In this document: in pieces, positions 9,841-20,546 of the stretch
Layout of the letters: every line of letters begins with the position of its first letter
Position numbering within the stretch: position 1 is the stretch's first letter
Origin: a virus
IMG/VR virus record: IMGVR_UViG_3300018481_000001
Span: 99,991 to 163,990 of that record
DNA length: 64,000 bases
Reading direction: 5' to 3' (one strand)
Translations under genes and position numbers: made by a program
The notes under the pieces: generated by a model
What the model saw: the letters and a program-made list of their open reading frames with translations, nothing else
What the model was told of the DNA's origin: nothing
Database searches by the model: none

Positions 9841-12409
9841 TCTCAATGTTAATCGGGCCTATACCAATGCGTGGTTGGTATACATAAATGGCCTCGAAGT
9901 GCCTGTTTCATCCGTCAATGTTGCGTACGGCGTAGGGACGGTACCCGAGGCTGAAATTGTATTGGTACCTGATTCTGTCATGCAGCGGTTTGGGGCAGAA
10001 GATCGTGTTGCAGTTCAAGTATTTTATCTCGACCATTGGTATGGAAAAGAGCCAGAGTTCCGACTTTTGTTTGATGGAGAAATTGCCAGCTGGGGCTATG
10101 TCAATACACAACGTGGTCGTAGTATTAGTATTGTTGCCATAGATTATATTCAAATATTTACACAGATATTCTTCACGTTCATGTCGAATATCGACGACCT
10201 GGCAGCAGGGGCTTCTGCGGACGCAATTGGGCTTACTATCGCAGGAGTGCAGACCGCAGGTATGGCTGCACTTTTCCCGTACTCTCTTTTTGCACAAGGG
10301 CTTATTTCAGCAGGTGATGCTCCCACGCCGCTTATTAAACGCCCTGTTGATTACATATATAATTTGGTACGCGGTCTCATTCATACACAAATTCCAAACC
10401 GGTCCCTACCCGCTGCAGTATTTTTTTCTCCATGGGTACGGCGTACCAAGTTTCACAATCGGTTTATCGCCCTTCCCTACTTGGAAGAAAGCGACAACCC
10501 TGGAGTTTTTCCCGTGCTGCGCGCGGTACAGGCGCAATACGGGCTGCAAGCAGTTAGTGCCCTGACTAGCCACATTGGTAGCTCAGGCTCTTTGTGGGAC
10601 GTATTTTCGCAAGTACTGCAAACGCTCTTTATGGAGCTGGTTATGCTGCCTACTGCAGCTGCAGTGCAAAGCGATTACACGACGCTGCAGGTACGCGGGC
10701 CGGCGGTGGTCAGTAAGCCAACCAGTCCCATTTTCCTGACACAGTATTTTGTGAAACCACAAATGCTGTTTAGTTTGCCACCTTCATGCAACGTATTTTT
10801 TCCTTCGCAAATTGCGCATTTCAGTTATCAAGAACAATATGCGACGCAGCCGACACGAATTTATGTAAATGACCCCGGTTTGCCTACGCTACTTAACGCG
10901 CAAGGCCTCACGAGCGGGTTACAAAGTGTGGTGCGTGACGCGCAAACCGTCGCGTACCCTGATGCCATCGATGACGCGCGGATTGCTGCTGTGGGCAGAA
11001 ATCAGAGCACGTACAACGCAAAAAATGTTCTGTTGTATCCAGAAGAGTTTTTCCGTGGGCCGGTGGTGCGTAATATTCAAGCACCGCTTTGGTTTACGTT
11101 CTTGTCACGTGCTCAAGGAACGCAGCCTGACTACAAAGACAAAACTGAAGCCGAACAAATGGCTATTTTGCAGGCACGGCTGCCTGACGCAGACAGTAAA
11201 AACATATTTAGAAAGTATGCTGCGTATGAGCACATTAAAGCACGTTATGCACAGCGAAATGCGGGGCTAAGTTTGTCGGGGTTCAACCCCTACCCGGTTC
11301 CAGGATTCCCGTGTGCGGTATTTGATCGTCGCTCTTCGCAAGTCGATGTCCTTGGGTACATTACGCGTGTACAACACACGCTTACTACGCGAGAAATGTC
11401 GACAACAATTAGTATTGCGTACGGTCGCACGTTCTCGGAAAGCTTTGATTTATTGCAGGCACAAGCAGCGCGAGAAAATGCGAGTTCCGATTTAACACTG
11501 GAACGCGCAGGTGCAATTGCATTGGGACCACCCGAGCCGCTGCAAGAGATACGCGATATTACGCAGAACTTCGAGCGTGCCGAAGCGTTTTACGCATCGC
11601 TATTTCAGCGTGTGCCTGCAAAACAAACGGATGCACTGACTAGAGACCAGGTCAGCACAGAGTTTTCTAGATTACGTGCTGAACAAGCGCAAGCGCTGGG
11701 CGTGCCGTATCAGGAAGACCCTGTGCCGCGTACGACCAAGGCGGCCTCTTTTGACTATCGTGATATTATTCAATTTCGCACACCGCAGGGGAAAACAGAG
11801 CGTTTGTATTTGACAGGTTTGGACGGCACGTCTCGCACAACGTTCAAAAACATATTTGACAAAATGTTGGTGGGGGATGCTTCGAAAGAAGAAATCGCTT
11901 ACGTGAGCAATGCGCTGCAACAGGCTGCATTGCCTCAGATGTCAAAAGATGGATTTACGGATCCATCTGTTTTAGAACAAATTAAGCGCGCGCAGATTGA
12001 GATATATAAATTCCCTACTAAAACAAATATTCGTGGTGGAAATAAAGAAGTGGTGCCCACGCTGGAAGCCGCTGACCGCTTTGAAAGTCACGAACTCGCG
12101 ATGGCCTACAACGCGCGCCCGATCTGCACGCTGCATGAGTACATCGCGTTTTTGGGGGACGATGGCGATCCCCAAGGACTTGTGGCCGCGAATCAACCTT
12201 CGTCTGGCTGGGACACGCGTACTTTTGCTGCGGCCTACTACCAACGCATTCGAACCTATCGAACGGCGGTCTCGGACCCTGCAACCGGCAGCAATCAGCC
12301 GATGGCAGCGGATGCGCCGCCCGATTTTCCAGACCGCGTTGTAGACTGGGATGTCCTTCTGGAAGTGTATCGAAATAATTGTCTGCAGCGCCAAGGTCCC
12401 GGACGATGA
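9830..12409 (+). CDS. Putative baseplate hub protein
   Basis: N-terminus (VYINGLEVPVSSVNV...AEIVL...LLFDGEI) and late GYITRVQHTL resemble hub/tail-tip folds; position in the operon. Confidence 0.6.
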   Translation: MNSDLNVNRAYTNAWLVYINGLEVPVSSVNVAYGVGTVPEAEIVLVPDSVMQRFGAEDRVAVQVFYLDHWYGKEPEFRLLFDGEIASWGYVNTQRGRSISIVAIDYIQIFTQIFFTFMSNIDDLAAGASADAIGLTIAGVQTAGMAALFPYSLFAQGLISAGDAPTPLIKRPVDYIYNLVRGLIHTQIPNRSLPAAVFFSPWVRRTKFHNRFIALPYLEESDNPGVFPVLRAVQAQYGLQAVSALTSHIGSSGSLWDVFSQVLQTLFMELVMLPTAAAVQSDYTTLQVRGPAVVSKPTSPIFLTQYFVKPQMLFSLPPSCNVFFPSQIAHFSYQEQYATQPTRIYVNDPGLPTLLNAQGLTSGLQSVVRDAQTVAYPDAIDDARIAAVGRNQSTYNAKNVLLYPEEFFRGPVVRNIQAPLWFTFLSRAQGTQPDYKDKTEAEQMAILQARLPDADSKNIFRKYAAYEHIKARYAQRNAGLSLSGFNPYPVPGFPCAVFDRRSSQVDVLGYITRVQHTLTTREMSTTISIAYGRTFSESFDLLQAQAARENASSDLTLERAGAIALGPPEPLQEIRDITQNFERAEAFYASLFQRVPAKQTDALTRDQVSTEFSRLRAEQAQALGVPYQEDPVPRTTKAASFDYRDIIQFRTPQGKTERLYLTGLDGTSRTTFKNIFDKMLVGDASKEEIAYVSNALQQAALPQMSKDGFTDPSVLEQIKRAQIEIYKFPTKTNIRGGNKEVVPTLEAADRFESHELAMAYNARPICTLHEYIAFLGDDGDPQGLVAANQPSSGWDTRTFAAAYYQRIRTYRTAVSDPATGSNQPMAADAPPDFPDRVVDWDVLLEVYRNNCLQRQGPGR

Positions 12410-13110
12410 TGCTCACTCCACAGACCCAGGATAAAGACGCCGCGCTTTATGCGGCATGGAAAAAGTCGCGCTCGTCCAACGATATGGAGCAGCTTTTGCG
12501 ACAGCTCGACCCGCTTATTCAAGCTGAGGTTAACCGACGTTCGGGTACGTTGGCGCGGCCTTTATTGCTTGGGCAAGCCAAAATACTCACGGTCAAAGCA
12601 ATCGAGAATTACGACCCCACACGAGGCGCCAAACTCTCTACACACGTGACCAATCAGCTTCAAAAGCTGAGCCGTGTGAACTACGCGCATCAAAATGCGT
12701 TGCGTATTTCAGAGCACTCGATGGTGGCCTACCGCTCGTACAATATCGCGCTTGAGGATTTCAAAACTGACAATGGCCGTGAGCCCTCGAGCGAAGAGCT
12801 TGCGGATCATTTGAAGTGGAGCCCTAAAAAAGTAGAACAATTTAGGTCGCAGTTTAATCGGCCCGAATGGATTGAATCCAAGGAGGCGCCGTCCGATATG
12901 TTTACGCCTTACCAGCACGACCCTACGATTAATTACGCATATCAAAGTATGTCGCCACGACAGCAGACTATCTTTGATCATACGACAGGTTACCAGGGCG
13001 CTCCCAAGCTCAATAATACGCAAATCATGAAGAAACTAAAAATCACGCAGGGCGTGCTTAGTTACGAAAAGAACAAGGTCAAAGCGCTTTTGCAGCGCAC
13101 GCAGGACTGA
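12406..13110 (+). CDS. Sigma-70-like factor (phage)
   Basis: Region 2-like YDPTRGAKLSTHVTNQL, region 3-like GREPSSEELADHL, region 4-like SPRQQTIF...TQIMKKLKITQG; ATG overlaps the hub stop. Confidence 0.75.
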   Translation: MMLTPQTQDKDAALYAAWKKSRSSNDMEQLLRQLDPLIQAEVNRRSGTLARPLLLGQAKILTVKAIENYDPTRGAKLSTHVTNQLQKLSRVNYAHQNALRISEHSMVAYRSYNIALEDFKTDNGREPSSEELADHLKWSPKKVEQFRSQFNRPEWIESKEAPSDMFTPYQHDPTINYAYQSMSPRQQTIFDHTTGYQGAPKLNNTQIMKKLKITQGVLSYEKNKVKALLQRTQD

Positions 13111-13112
13111 CC

Positions 13113-14105
13113 ATGTATTTGTATGCCGACGGCATGGAGCCGTACAAAGTTACGGAAGACGATTTAATTTGGTTCTTGCGTGCTGTAGAAGCTGAGGGCG
13201 CGATCGAAACCGAAGTAGCGGCTACCCTGCTCAATGGTTTTTGTTTTACACGTAGCAAAGGACAAAAGCGCACCCTTACTACCTTCATTCGTAGTTATGC
13301 GCAGCCTGTGAATCCGAACTGGTATATCACTGGTGATAAATTTTTAAACGAACTGAAAAAGCTCCCCCTTGAAGCACAAACCAAAGCAGAAACCACTGCG
13401 CTCAATCGTGAGCGGGTGGCTTCTACACGTACGGATTTTACGCTTGTAACTCAGAGGGCTGTTGTCGCGGCACTTAGTGGGCTGGTAAAAATTCCACCGA
13501 ATGCCACAGATTATGCTGCGCCATATATTAATGCGGCACGCAAACAATACCAACCACTGGCTACAGCAACCGCTGGGAAAAACAGATTGTGGGCGCGGCC
13601 CGGCACGGAAAAATGGCATGGCTTTTCGGTTGAACCGCTTGAAGTGCAGCCATGGCTTGCGTCCGCTTCGACGGTTCGGTTAGAGCGTGCATTTGACCGC
13701 GAATTTAATACAGAGCTTTCTAAAATTGCACAGTTTTTTGCAGACAATGCGGGAGGATATACCAACCGCAAAAAACAGATAGGGCTCGGAGAAATACGCA
13801 TCAATGTAGGTGAAGTAAGTTCGTACAGCAGTGGATACATCCCTGCGCTTCTCGAGCGCGATACGAATGAATATCTCAGTGCCTTTGCTCGCGCCGAACA
13901 AATGCAGCGCTTCACACGCGCTGCCCACTACGAAGCAGCAGGTAAAAACAACCTGACTAGTCTCGAGCAATGGGCACGCCAACGGGCCAACCACACGCGC
14001 GCTGTGAATAACAGCGAAAAACCCCTCGTAGTTGCAAATGCCTTGGGCTTTGACTTTACTACGGGGACGTGGAGCGTGTCTGCCAATGGCAAAAACCCGG
14101 TTTGA
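13113..14105 (+). CDS. Putative SleB-like cell-wall hydrolase of the baseplate
   Basis: DLIWFLRAVEAEG...VAATLLN resembles the SleB LxRxxxAE...AV...N motif; later NATDY; lies upstream of the gp25-like gene. Confidence 0.45.
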   Translation: MYLYADGMEPYKVTEDDLIWFLRAVEAEGAIETEVAATLLNGFCFTRSKGQKRTLTTFIRSYAQPVNPNWYITGDKFLNELKKLPLEAQTKAETTALNRERVASTRTDFTLVTQRAVVAALSGLVKIPPNATDYAAPYINAARKQYQPLATATAGKNRLWARPGTEKWHGFSVEPLEVQPWLASASTVRLERAFDREFNTELSKIAQFFADNAGGYTNRKKQIGLGEIRINVGEVSSYSSGYIPALLERDTNEYLSAFARAEQMQRFTRAAHYEAAGKNNLTSLEQWARQRANHTRAVNNSEKPLVVANALGFDFTTGTWSVSANGKNPV

Positions 14106-14526
14106 TATCCATTATGCGCCGCTCACAACAGACGAATATAAACACAGTTTTAAGTTCGCGAGCTTTGGCGCCGTCTCTGTAGGCATTCAAGGTCTACAAT
14201 ATGTAGTCAACGCCTTTGCCAAGTGCTTGTTGACTCCGCGAGGTTCAGATCCCACTGACCTGGCGTACGGGACTGAATTTACGGGTATGATCGGAAGCAA
14301 CATCAATGCACAAGATGCACGTGATGTGGTGACCATTTGTATCGACGCATGCGTCGAACAAATACGGCGTTTCCAAAATAACGACAATACGCTCACGCCA
14401 AAAGAGCGTTTGGCGAGCGCGACGCTTTTACGTCTCGAACCAGAGCCTAGTATTGCAGGCTTTTCTATCTACGTCTTGATACAAAATCAGGCCGGGACCA
14501 AAGGCACCGCGCAACTGTTTATTTAA
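14086..14526 (+). CDS. Baseplate wedge protein, gp25-like
   Basis: About 146 aa; LLTPRGSDPTDLAYGT matches the gp25 LLT.xG....P.(F/Y)G pattern; precedes the J-like gene. Confidence 0.75.
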   Translation: MAKTRFDIHYAPLTTDEYKHSFKFASFGAVSVGIQGLQYVVNAFAKCLLTPRGSDPTDLAYGTEFTGMIGSNINAQDARDVVTICIDACVEQIRRFQNNDNTLTPKERLASATLLRLEPEPSIAGFSIYVLIQNQAGTKGTAQLFI

Positions 14527-14536
14527 GGACTTCCCG

Positions 14537-16498
14537 ATGCCCGTTGAAATTAGCCAAGCAGATGTGGCAGACGCCGAAGCCCTACTCGAGGCGTTACTTA
14601 CTGAACAAGTGCCGTCTGGACGCTTTTCACAAGGTAGTGCGCTGCGCGACCTGACTATCAAAGCGTTGGCATTTACGTATGCTTATTTTCAAAAAGAAAA
14701 TAATACGGTACGTGCCCTGGGCAGCTTATTGACGGTACAGCAGGTCGCGGTTACTGACGCAGAAACGGATAGAAACGTCAATCAGGCTACTGACGCAATT
14801 TTGTCCAACTGGTTTATTAACCGCAATATGGGCATGTTCGCTCGTGGCATTGTATTTATCACAGTCACGAAGCGTCAGGATTATATTATTCCGGGAAACT
14901 TCCGGTTTACCTACGACCGTACCCGCGCCTTTTTTCCTGACGTATTGGATGCCACTCAAAATATTGTAATTCGCGCCAGTGACCTACTTATCGTCACCGG
15001 TGCAGATGGCACGGTAGAAGGTTATCAGTTTATGCTGCGCGTGGTCGCATCACGCACGGGTGTTGAACACAATGTCGAACCCGGCACCTGGCAGGGCAGC
15101 GCTTCCTTTACACCTTATGCGACACGGGTTTCAAATATTGTAAAATTTGAGGGCGGGAAAAACCGAGAAACCACAGCTGAACTCGTTGGGCGTTCAAACA
15201 CTGCAATTACGGTTCGTAATTTAATTAATACACGGTCTATCGAAGCCACGCTACGCGATCGGTTTAACATTCCCGGAAAAATGCTGGTTGTGGGTATGGG
15301 CGATCCCGAGATGCAGCGTGATCGCAAGCTCGAGTTCGCGACAGGAAGTGCCTTGCATGTGGGCGGGCATTTTGATGTTTATGTAGAGTTGCCGCGCATT
15401 CAAGAAACGTTTGACGGAATCATTGGTGGAACGTTTTTGCGTCCCGACGGCATCTGCAATGTTTTTCGCGATACCGGTATTACGGATTTCACGCAGCAAT
15501 TTATCACAGCTCAAAATCAATATGTAACCATTGTGCCTGGTGACGTTCTACGTGTGACTACCGGTTTAGCAGAAGCGCCCCGTGATTTTGTCATTAAAGA
15601 AGTGCTACCGAAAGAGTTGCGCGTAGGTACCAATACGCCTTTTTCTGCGGCCACAGACGAATCCAACGTAGATATCTCATATTGTATTTATCGTCCCCTT
15701 GTGGGCACGGACAATCAACTATTGCCGCCTACGGGGGCACGGCTAACTGGCCGCACCTCTCATGCAATTAGTGTGGCGAACGGTATCGCACTTCCTGGAA
15801 ATGCACGGCTCGCGATTTTGGACGTGTCCGTTATTAATCCAGATGTTGGCGACCCTGCGATTAATCTTGCCACGGGGTTTGTGCATTTTCCTTATCGTAC
15901 CAATAATATTCCGGAGCAATCTGAATATCAAATTGTCTCAAAACAGCCGAACTTGGCTCAATCGATGAAATCATCCGAAGAGCTATACGTGCTCGGTTAC
16001 GCCGGCAAGACTTTGCGTGTTGTGTATGAAAGTCTCGCGGGGCTAGACGTATTGCACAGTTTTACACAAGACCGCTTCGAGCGCGTAATGGCAGGTAATA
16101 TTTTGGTACGCGGATTTATACCTGTATATTTAGCAATGACGATTCCTTATCGTCTCAAGAGTACTGCCAAAACAGCCATTGATGAGCTGGCGTTACGACA
16201 GTCCATTGTGGACATGATCAATGCGTTTAATCCACACGATATTGTCGATATTTCTGATGTCTCGCAAACTACGCGCCAGTTTAGTGATCAAATCGGTTCC
16301 GTGCTCCCTTTTGAAATTACATACACCATTCTCACGCCTGATGGCCGGGAGCTCGAGTTCAAAACGTCCGATGAAGTAAAACTGACGTCTGACTATACAA
16401 CGGGCATTTTGACAGACCCGTTGTCATTGGGCATTAGCGATCGAACCGTTCGCTATTTCTCATCGTTGTCGCGTGTACTCGTCAACGAACAAAGTTAA
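14537..16498 (+). CDS. Baseplate J-like (gp6-type) wedge protein
   Basis: 653 aa; GSALRDL near the N-terminus, FEGGKNRETTAEL, follows gp25-like gene; AAGGA SD. Confidence 0.7.
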   Translation: MPVEISQADVADAEALLEALLTEQVPSGRFSQGSALRDLTIKALAFTYAYFQKENNTVRALGSLLTVQQVAVTDAETDRNVNQATDAILSNWFINRNMGMFARGIVFITVTKRQDYIIPGNFRFTYDRTRAFFPDVLDATQNIVIRASDLLIVTGADGTVEGYQFMLRVVASRTGVEHNVEPGTWQGSASFTPYATRVSNIVKFEGGKNRETTAELVGRSNTAITVRNLINTRSIEATLRDRFNIPGKMLVVGMGDPEMQRDRKLEFATGSALHVGGHFDVYVELPRIQETFDGIIGGTFLRPDGICNVFRDTGITDFTQQFITAQNQYVTIVPGDVLRVTTGLAEAPRDFVIKEVLPKELRVGTNTPFSAATDESNVDISYCIYRPLVGTDNQLLPPTGARLTGRTSHAISVANGIALPGNARLAILDVSVINPDVGDPAINLATGFVHFPYRTNNIPEQSEYQIVSKQPNLAQSMKSSEELYVLGYAGKTLRVVYESLAGLDVLHSFTQDRFERVMAGNILVRGFIPVYLAMTIPYRLKSTAKTAIDELALRQSIVDMINAFNPHDIVDISDVSQTTRQFSDQIGSVLPFEITYTILTPDGRELEFKTSDEVKLTSDYTTGILTDPLSLGISDRTVRYFSSLSRVLVNEQS

Positions 16499-16500
16499 TT

Positions 16501-19500
16501 ATGAGCCAGCCTTCCCAAAAAATACGCGGCATTCTAGAAGGTCTGTCTGATTTTTGGTTGTTGTACTTCCAAGACATTGACCAACTCAAAGCGCTGTACG
16601 ACGGCACGGATACGTTAGTAGGGCAGTCGTATTTAGATCTACTTTCATCTCTCCTGCACAACAGCTTGCAGGATATGCCGCTGTTCGATAAGAACTATTA
16701 TAAAATTGTACGTATTAAAGAAACGGAAATACGGTTTCTTCAAAAGACTAACGCTGCGCAAAACTGTTATGTTTATGTGGCAGAGGATAACATTGTCCAC
16801 ACGCAGGTCTTGCAGAATAAGGTTTTAGACGTTTCTGCATTACTCGAGAATGGTCTCGATTTTCATATCTCTACCCAGCGTACTTTTGAATTTAAGCAGG
16901 ATCCGCTAAACGCGTATCAGATTGCAACGTTTGGCGGACAGCGCTCGGCATTCTCAGTGCGGACGCGGCAGCCGTTGCAAGGACGCTTGAAGCTGTGGCT
17001 GCACGATACGGGGATTCATCCTCCTGAGCTGCAGCTGACCCAAGATGAGTCGTGCATCGTGGTGTCTTACGATGGGCCTGCGCACACGGGGTACAGCACT
17101 GCGCGCGTGGTCGTCAGTGCATTAAACCTGCACCCGCAGATGGGCAGCATCGTCCGTGCGGCCCTCCTGATGGAAGACGCAGGGGATGTGCCGCCCACCG
17201 GGACAGCGGGCCCTGTGGTGCTCGCACGGCAGGCAGTGAGCCCCCTGGATGGCTATGCCGTACGGCATTTGCAGGAGCGTTTCGCGGGTTGCTTTCAGGC
17301 GCCGCGCGCAGGCAACTGGGTCGATAGCGGTGTCGAAAAAGGAGACATCCTTCGACTTATCTCAGGGCCCACCGTGGGCACTGTGCACGAATATGTGATT
17401 TCGGTAGTGCGCCCCGATGCCCTGTACCTCGAGCCGGGCAACGGTGTGTTAAATCTGCGCGCTGGAAATCAAATTGATTTTTCAATTCTACGCGAACCAG
17501 AAGCGGCCATCGTCGAAAACGAAGCCATTCAAACTTCGGGAAAAATAACCCAACAGGGCGCACAAGCAGAAGTGCACGCAGAGACACGCACGCTCTTTGC
17601 TCCTACAGGCAATTTTTCAAAACTCCATAAAGATGATGTTGTTGAGCTTATTGGGCTAAAAAACAAAGCGATTGTTCGAATTCTAGAAGTGCTCGATTCA
17701 CGAACACTTTTGCTGGCTAGCGCAACTTTGGCAAATGAACTGCCCGTTGCTTGGAAACTGTATTCAACACTGACGAGCACATTGTTTTGGACGGATGCCT
17801 CGCTCGAACATGACTCAGAAACCACAGCCAAACTCACAGTTTCTCAAGAGACCTTTACAACTCCGGTAGCAGGTACCGCTATTAAATGGATGCGTAATGG
17901 ACAGCTGCAAATTGTACCTGTCCTAGAAGCGTATTCGGCCTACGAAGTGGTGGTTGCGACGACCGTAACAGAGCCCGAAACCATCGCGCTGTGGGGCTGG
18001 GCTGATTATATTGCGCCTGTTTCTGAATTAACCTTTCCATTTATTAAATCAGGGTCCATACAAATTAATGCCCGACGGCTATGGGATCAACACCTTGTGG
18101 TTGAAGGCGTTGATTACGTTATTCACGAGGACCACGGACAGCTGCAGCCTTTAACTGTTTGGCGTGCAGACGTAGGTCTAGCAGTTACGTACCAATATCG
18201 CTTGGAGCTCGCAGGCGGTTCGCGACCGGTGGCGCTCGGGCACTCCGGCGAATTTCTGGCAACAACCGCTGGGTTGTTTAGAGATTTGCAAGCCAATTTT
18301 ACGTACCAGGATCGCGACCAAGCCGTCGAGGTATTTGGCGTCGGTACATTTATTATTAAAACAGTGCACTCTTCGACTACGGTCGAGTTTTATACCGATC
18401 AAAGACTTTTTGATAAAGTCGGTTCGCTTAGCCGCTTTGCTTGGCGGCTGTATGCACGCGGTACCCTTCTTACTGAAAATGTTTCTGCCAACATTCAAGA
18501 GATTGCATTTTGGGCAGCGGATGTATTGGTTGACAATTTCAATCTGTACCATTCATTTGGTTACTTAATTCAAAAATTCCAAGCCTCGAGTGAGGCGTAC
18601 CGTTCTCTCATTCGAGGTGTGTTTCAGCTTTTTATGCTGGGGCCAACCCTCGAGCGCCTTGAGTCTGCGGTCAACACCGTAGTAGGGCTTCCTGTAATTC
18701 GTGAAGATGGTGAAATTCTTCTCGGGTATAAATCAGGAGCGGATGCTCAAGGTACAGACGGATTTTTGGTAGCAGAAACGCGCGGATTCACGAGTGCGTC
18801 AGCACGTTTCACAGAGAGTTCTCGAACATACAGCCTGTTTATTAAGACAGGCCTCAACGACAATAAACTCTACAAAATTGAGTCGGTTGTGTCGCCTACG
18901 TCCGTAGTGCTTGACGCAGCTGTTACAACGGATGGTCCAGTTTCTTGGGAATTGCTGCAGACACCTGAACAACAGGTAATCACTTCACGCACTACGTATA
19001 AATTCCCACGCACCATTCCCCTGCGCGCTGCAGTTATGGATTCTGCAAACATCGGTGTAAAACTGTTTCGCGCCTTTGAAGTTTTGACTGATGTATTCAA
19101 CGTAACGGATTACGTTGAATCTCCAACGTGGTGGGAACGTATTCAAATCCCGGAAGCGCTGTGGCCCGGCACAACTGCAATTCGTCGACAATCCTCGCCC
19201 CAGTTGGTTGAAAACGTTATTGGTGCAGTCGACCAGGCGTGTATTGGGGACCCTGGCTTTTTGATTGGAGCTGACAGCACAGGGTTTATCCCAGACCCGT
19301 CCACGGGCATCTTGCCGCTGCGCCACAACATTGCATTTGTTGTTTTGGACACGTGGCTTAAACACCATCTATTTTACGTATCCTTTAGCTCTAAACTTGT
19401 CGGTCATTTATCAGCCGAACTCATTCGTGATTTGGAAGCGCTGGTTTTTGTCGCGAAACCCGCGTACACGTATATTATTTTGTCACCTACATCAGCATTT

Positions 19501-20010
19501 AGTGAGATCTTTTCTGTAGGAGAGGCTTTTGCATACACTGCGCGCAGTCGCTTCGAGGAAATGATCGAAGTATTTACACCGAGCGAGTTGACCATTGGGG
19601 GTGGTTGGCAAATTGGTGGATGGTACCGAAGTCTTCACCTGTCAGGCACGTTGCCAGGGCCCCTCAGTTCTACCAAGTACGTGTTGTATCCGTCAGGCTC
19701 GCAGGCCAACAAGCAGAGCTATTTGACCAACATTATTTTTACGAACTTGGAGTTGCCCCGAACTGCGATTACCGTCGAAAATGACGGTGTCGTATTGGAT
19801 CTCACGGGCGTTTCAGTTCCCAATACGGATGTAACGTATGATGCGTACGGGGTTCTTGAGCCCCAAGACGCATCAGAGGGGGACTATTCGGCGGAGCTCG
19901 GCGACGTCTACTATGCCCTTGGCATGTCCGATCCGCGTACCCGTTTTCCAACGGACCAAAACACTCTCTTTGAGCATCCCGTTCAAATCACCCGTCGGCA
20001 GGCCCCATGA
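16501..20010 (+). CDS. Large baseplate wedge/tail protein
   Basis: 1169 aa, beta-rich; GPTLERLESAVN and FVAKPAYTY motifs resemble wedge proteins that follow J; position. Confidence 0.6.
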   Translation: MSQPSQKIRGILEGLSDFWLLYFQDIDQLKALYDGTDTLVGQSYLDLLSSLLHNSLQDMPLFDKNYYKIVRIKETEIRFLQKTNAAQNCYVYVAEDNIVHTQVLQNKVLDVSALLENGLDFHISTQRTFEFKQDPLNAYQIATFGGQRSAFSVRTRQPLQGRLKLWLHDTGIHPPELQLTQDESCIVVSYDGPAHTGYSTARVVVSALNLHPQMGSIVRAALLMEDAGDVPPTGTAGPVVLARQAVSPLDGYAVRHLQERFAGCFQAPRAGNWVDSGVEKGDILRLISGPTVGTVHEYVISVVRPDALYLEPGNGVLNLRAGNQIDFSILREPEAAIVENEAIQTSGKITQQGAQAEVHAETRTLFAPTGNFSKLHKDDVVELIGLKNKAIVRILEVLDSRTLLLASATLANELPVAWKLYSTLTSTLFWTDASLEHDSETTAKLTVSQETFTTPVAGTAIKWMRNGQLQIVPVLEAYSAYEVVVATTVTEPETIALWGWADYIAPVSELTFPFIKSGSIQINARRLWDQHLVVEGVDYVIHEDHGQLQPLTVWRADVGLAVTYQYRLELAGGSRPVALGHSGEFLATTAGLFRDLQANFTYQDRDQAVEVFGVGTFIIKTVHSSTTVEFYTDQRLFDKVGSLSRFAWRLYARGTLLTENVSANIQEIAFWAADVLVDNFNLYHSFGYLIQKFQASSEAYRSLIRGVFQLFMLGPTLERLESAVNTVVGLPVIREDGEILLGYKSGADAQGTDGFLVAETRGFTSASARFTESSRTYSLFIKTGLNDNKLYKIESVVSPTSVVLDAAVTTDGPVSWELLQTPEQQVITSRTTYKFPRTIPLRAAVMDSANIGVKLFRAFEVLTDVFNVTDYVESPTWWERIQIPEALWPGTTAIRRQSSPQLVENVIGAVDQACIGDPGFLIGADSTGFIPDPSTGILPLRHNIAFVVLDTWLKHHLFYVSFSSKLVGHLSAELIRDLEALVFVAKPAYTYIILSPTSAFSEIFSVGEAFAYTARSRFEEMIEVFTPSELTIGGGWQIGGWYRSLHLSGTLPGPLSSTKYVLYPSGSQANKQSYLTNIIFTNLELPRTAITVENDGVVLDLTGVSVPNTDVTYDAYGVLEPQDASEGDYSAELGDVYYALGMSDPRTRFPTDQNTLFEHPVQITRRQAP

Positions 20011-20534
20011 GATACACGCAACAAATACCGCTACGTGGCGATTTGCGCATTACGCGTTTTGACGCTGTCACGCATCAGATTTTGTATTTGTGGGAAAAGA
20101 AAAACGTAATTACGTACGGCGGTACGGACGCGCTCATTAAGCTTCTAGCCCCGAACAATGCCTTTGGTGCCAATGTTCAATTGGAAAACCAAATTAGGTC
20201 TATGCGCTTCGGGCTCAATAATACGCAGCCACAGCGCACAGACACCGGTTTGCTCAATGAGGGCATCGTTAGCAACGAACCTGTACGTGTGACACTTGAA
20301 GATTCACAGCGGGTCGTGGGTGCTGCAGGCACGGTTGAGTACGTGGCAACTTTGGCTGCTGCGATGGGAAATGGGCTCACGTACCGCGAAGCAGGCTTGT
20401 TTACGCGGGGTACGGAAGACTCGCCCATCACGACGACCAGTTCCGTTATGTTCTCCCGTCAAGTTTTTCCTGACCAGCCCAAATCAAGCTCGGTCGAACT
20501 CGAGTTCCGCTGGCGCCTCACCATCGCGGTCTGA
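20007..20534 (+). CDS. Tail-collar/fibre attachment-like protein
   Basis: NVITYGG...YREAGLF...LEFRWRL pattern; ATGA overlap; precedes the fibre gene. Confidence 0.6.
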   Translation: MRYTQQIPLRGDLRITRFDAVTHQILYLWEKKNVITYGGTDALIKLLAPNNAFGANVQLENQIRSMRFGLNNTQPQRTDTGLLNEGIVSNEPVRVTLEDSQRVVGAAGTVEYVATLAAAMGNGLTYREAGLFTRGTEDSPITTTSSVMFSRQVFPDQPKSSSVELEFRWRLTIAV

Positions 20535-20546
20535 AAAAGGTATCCC

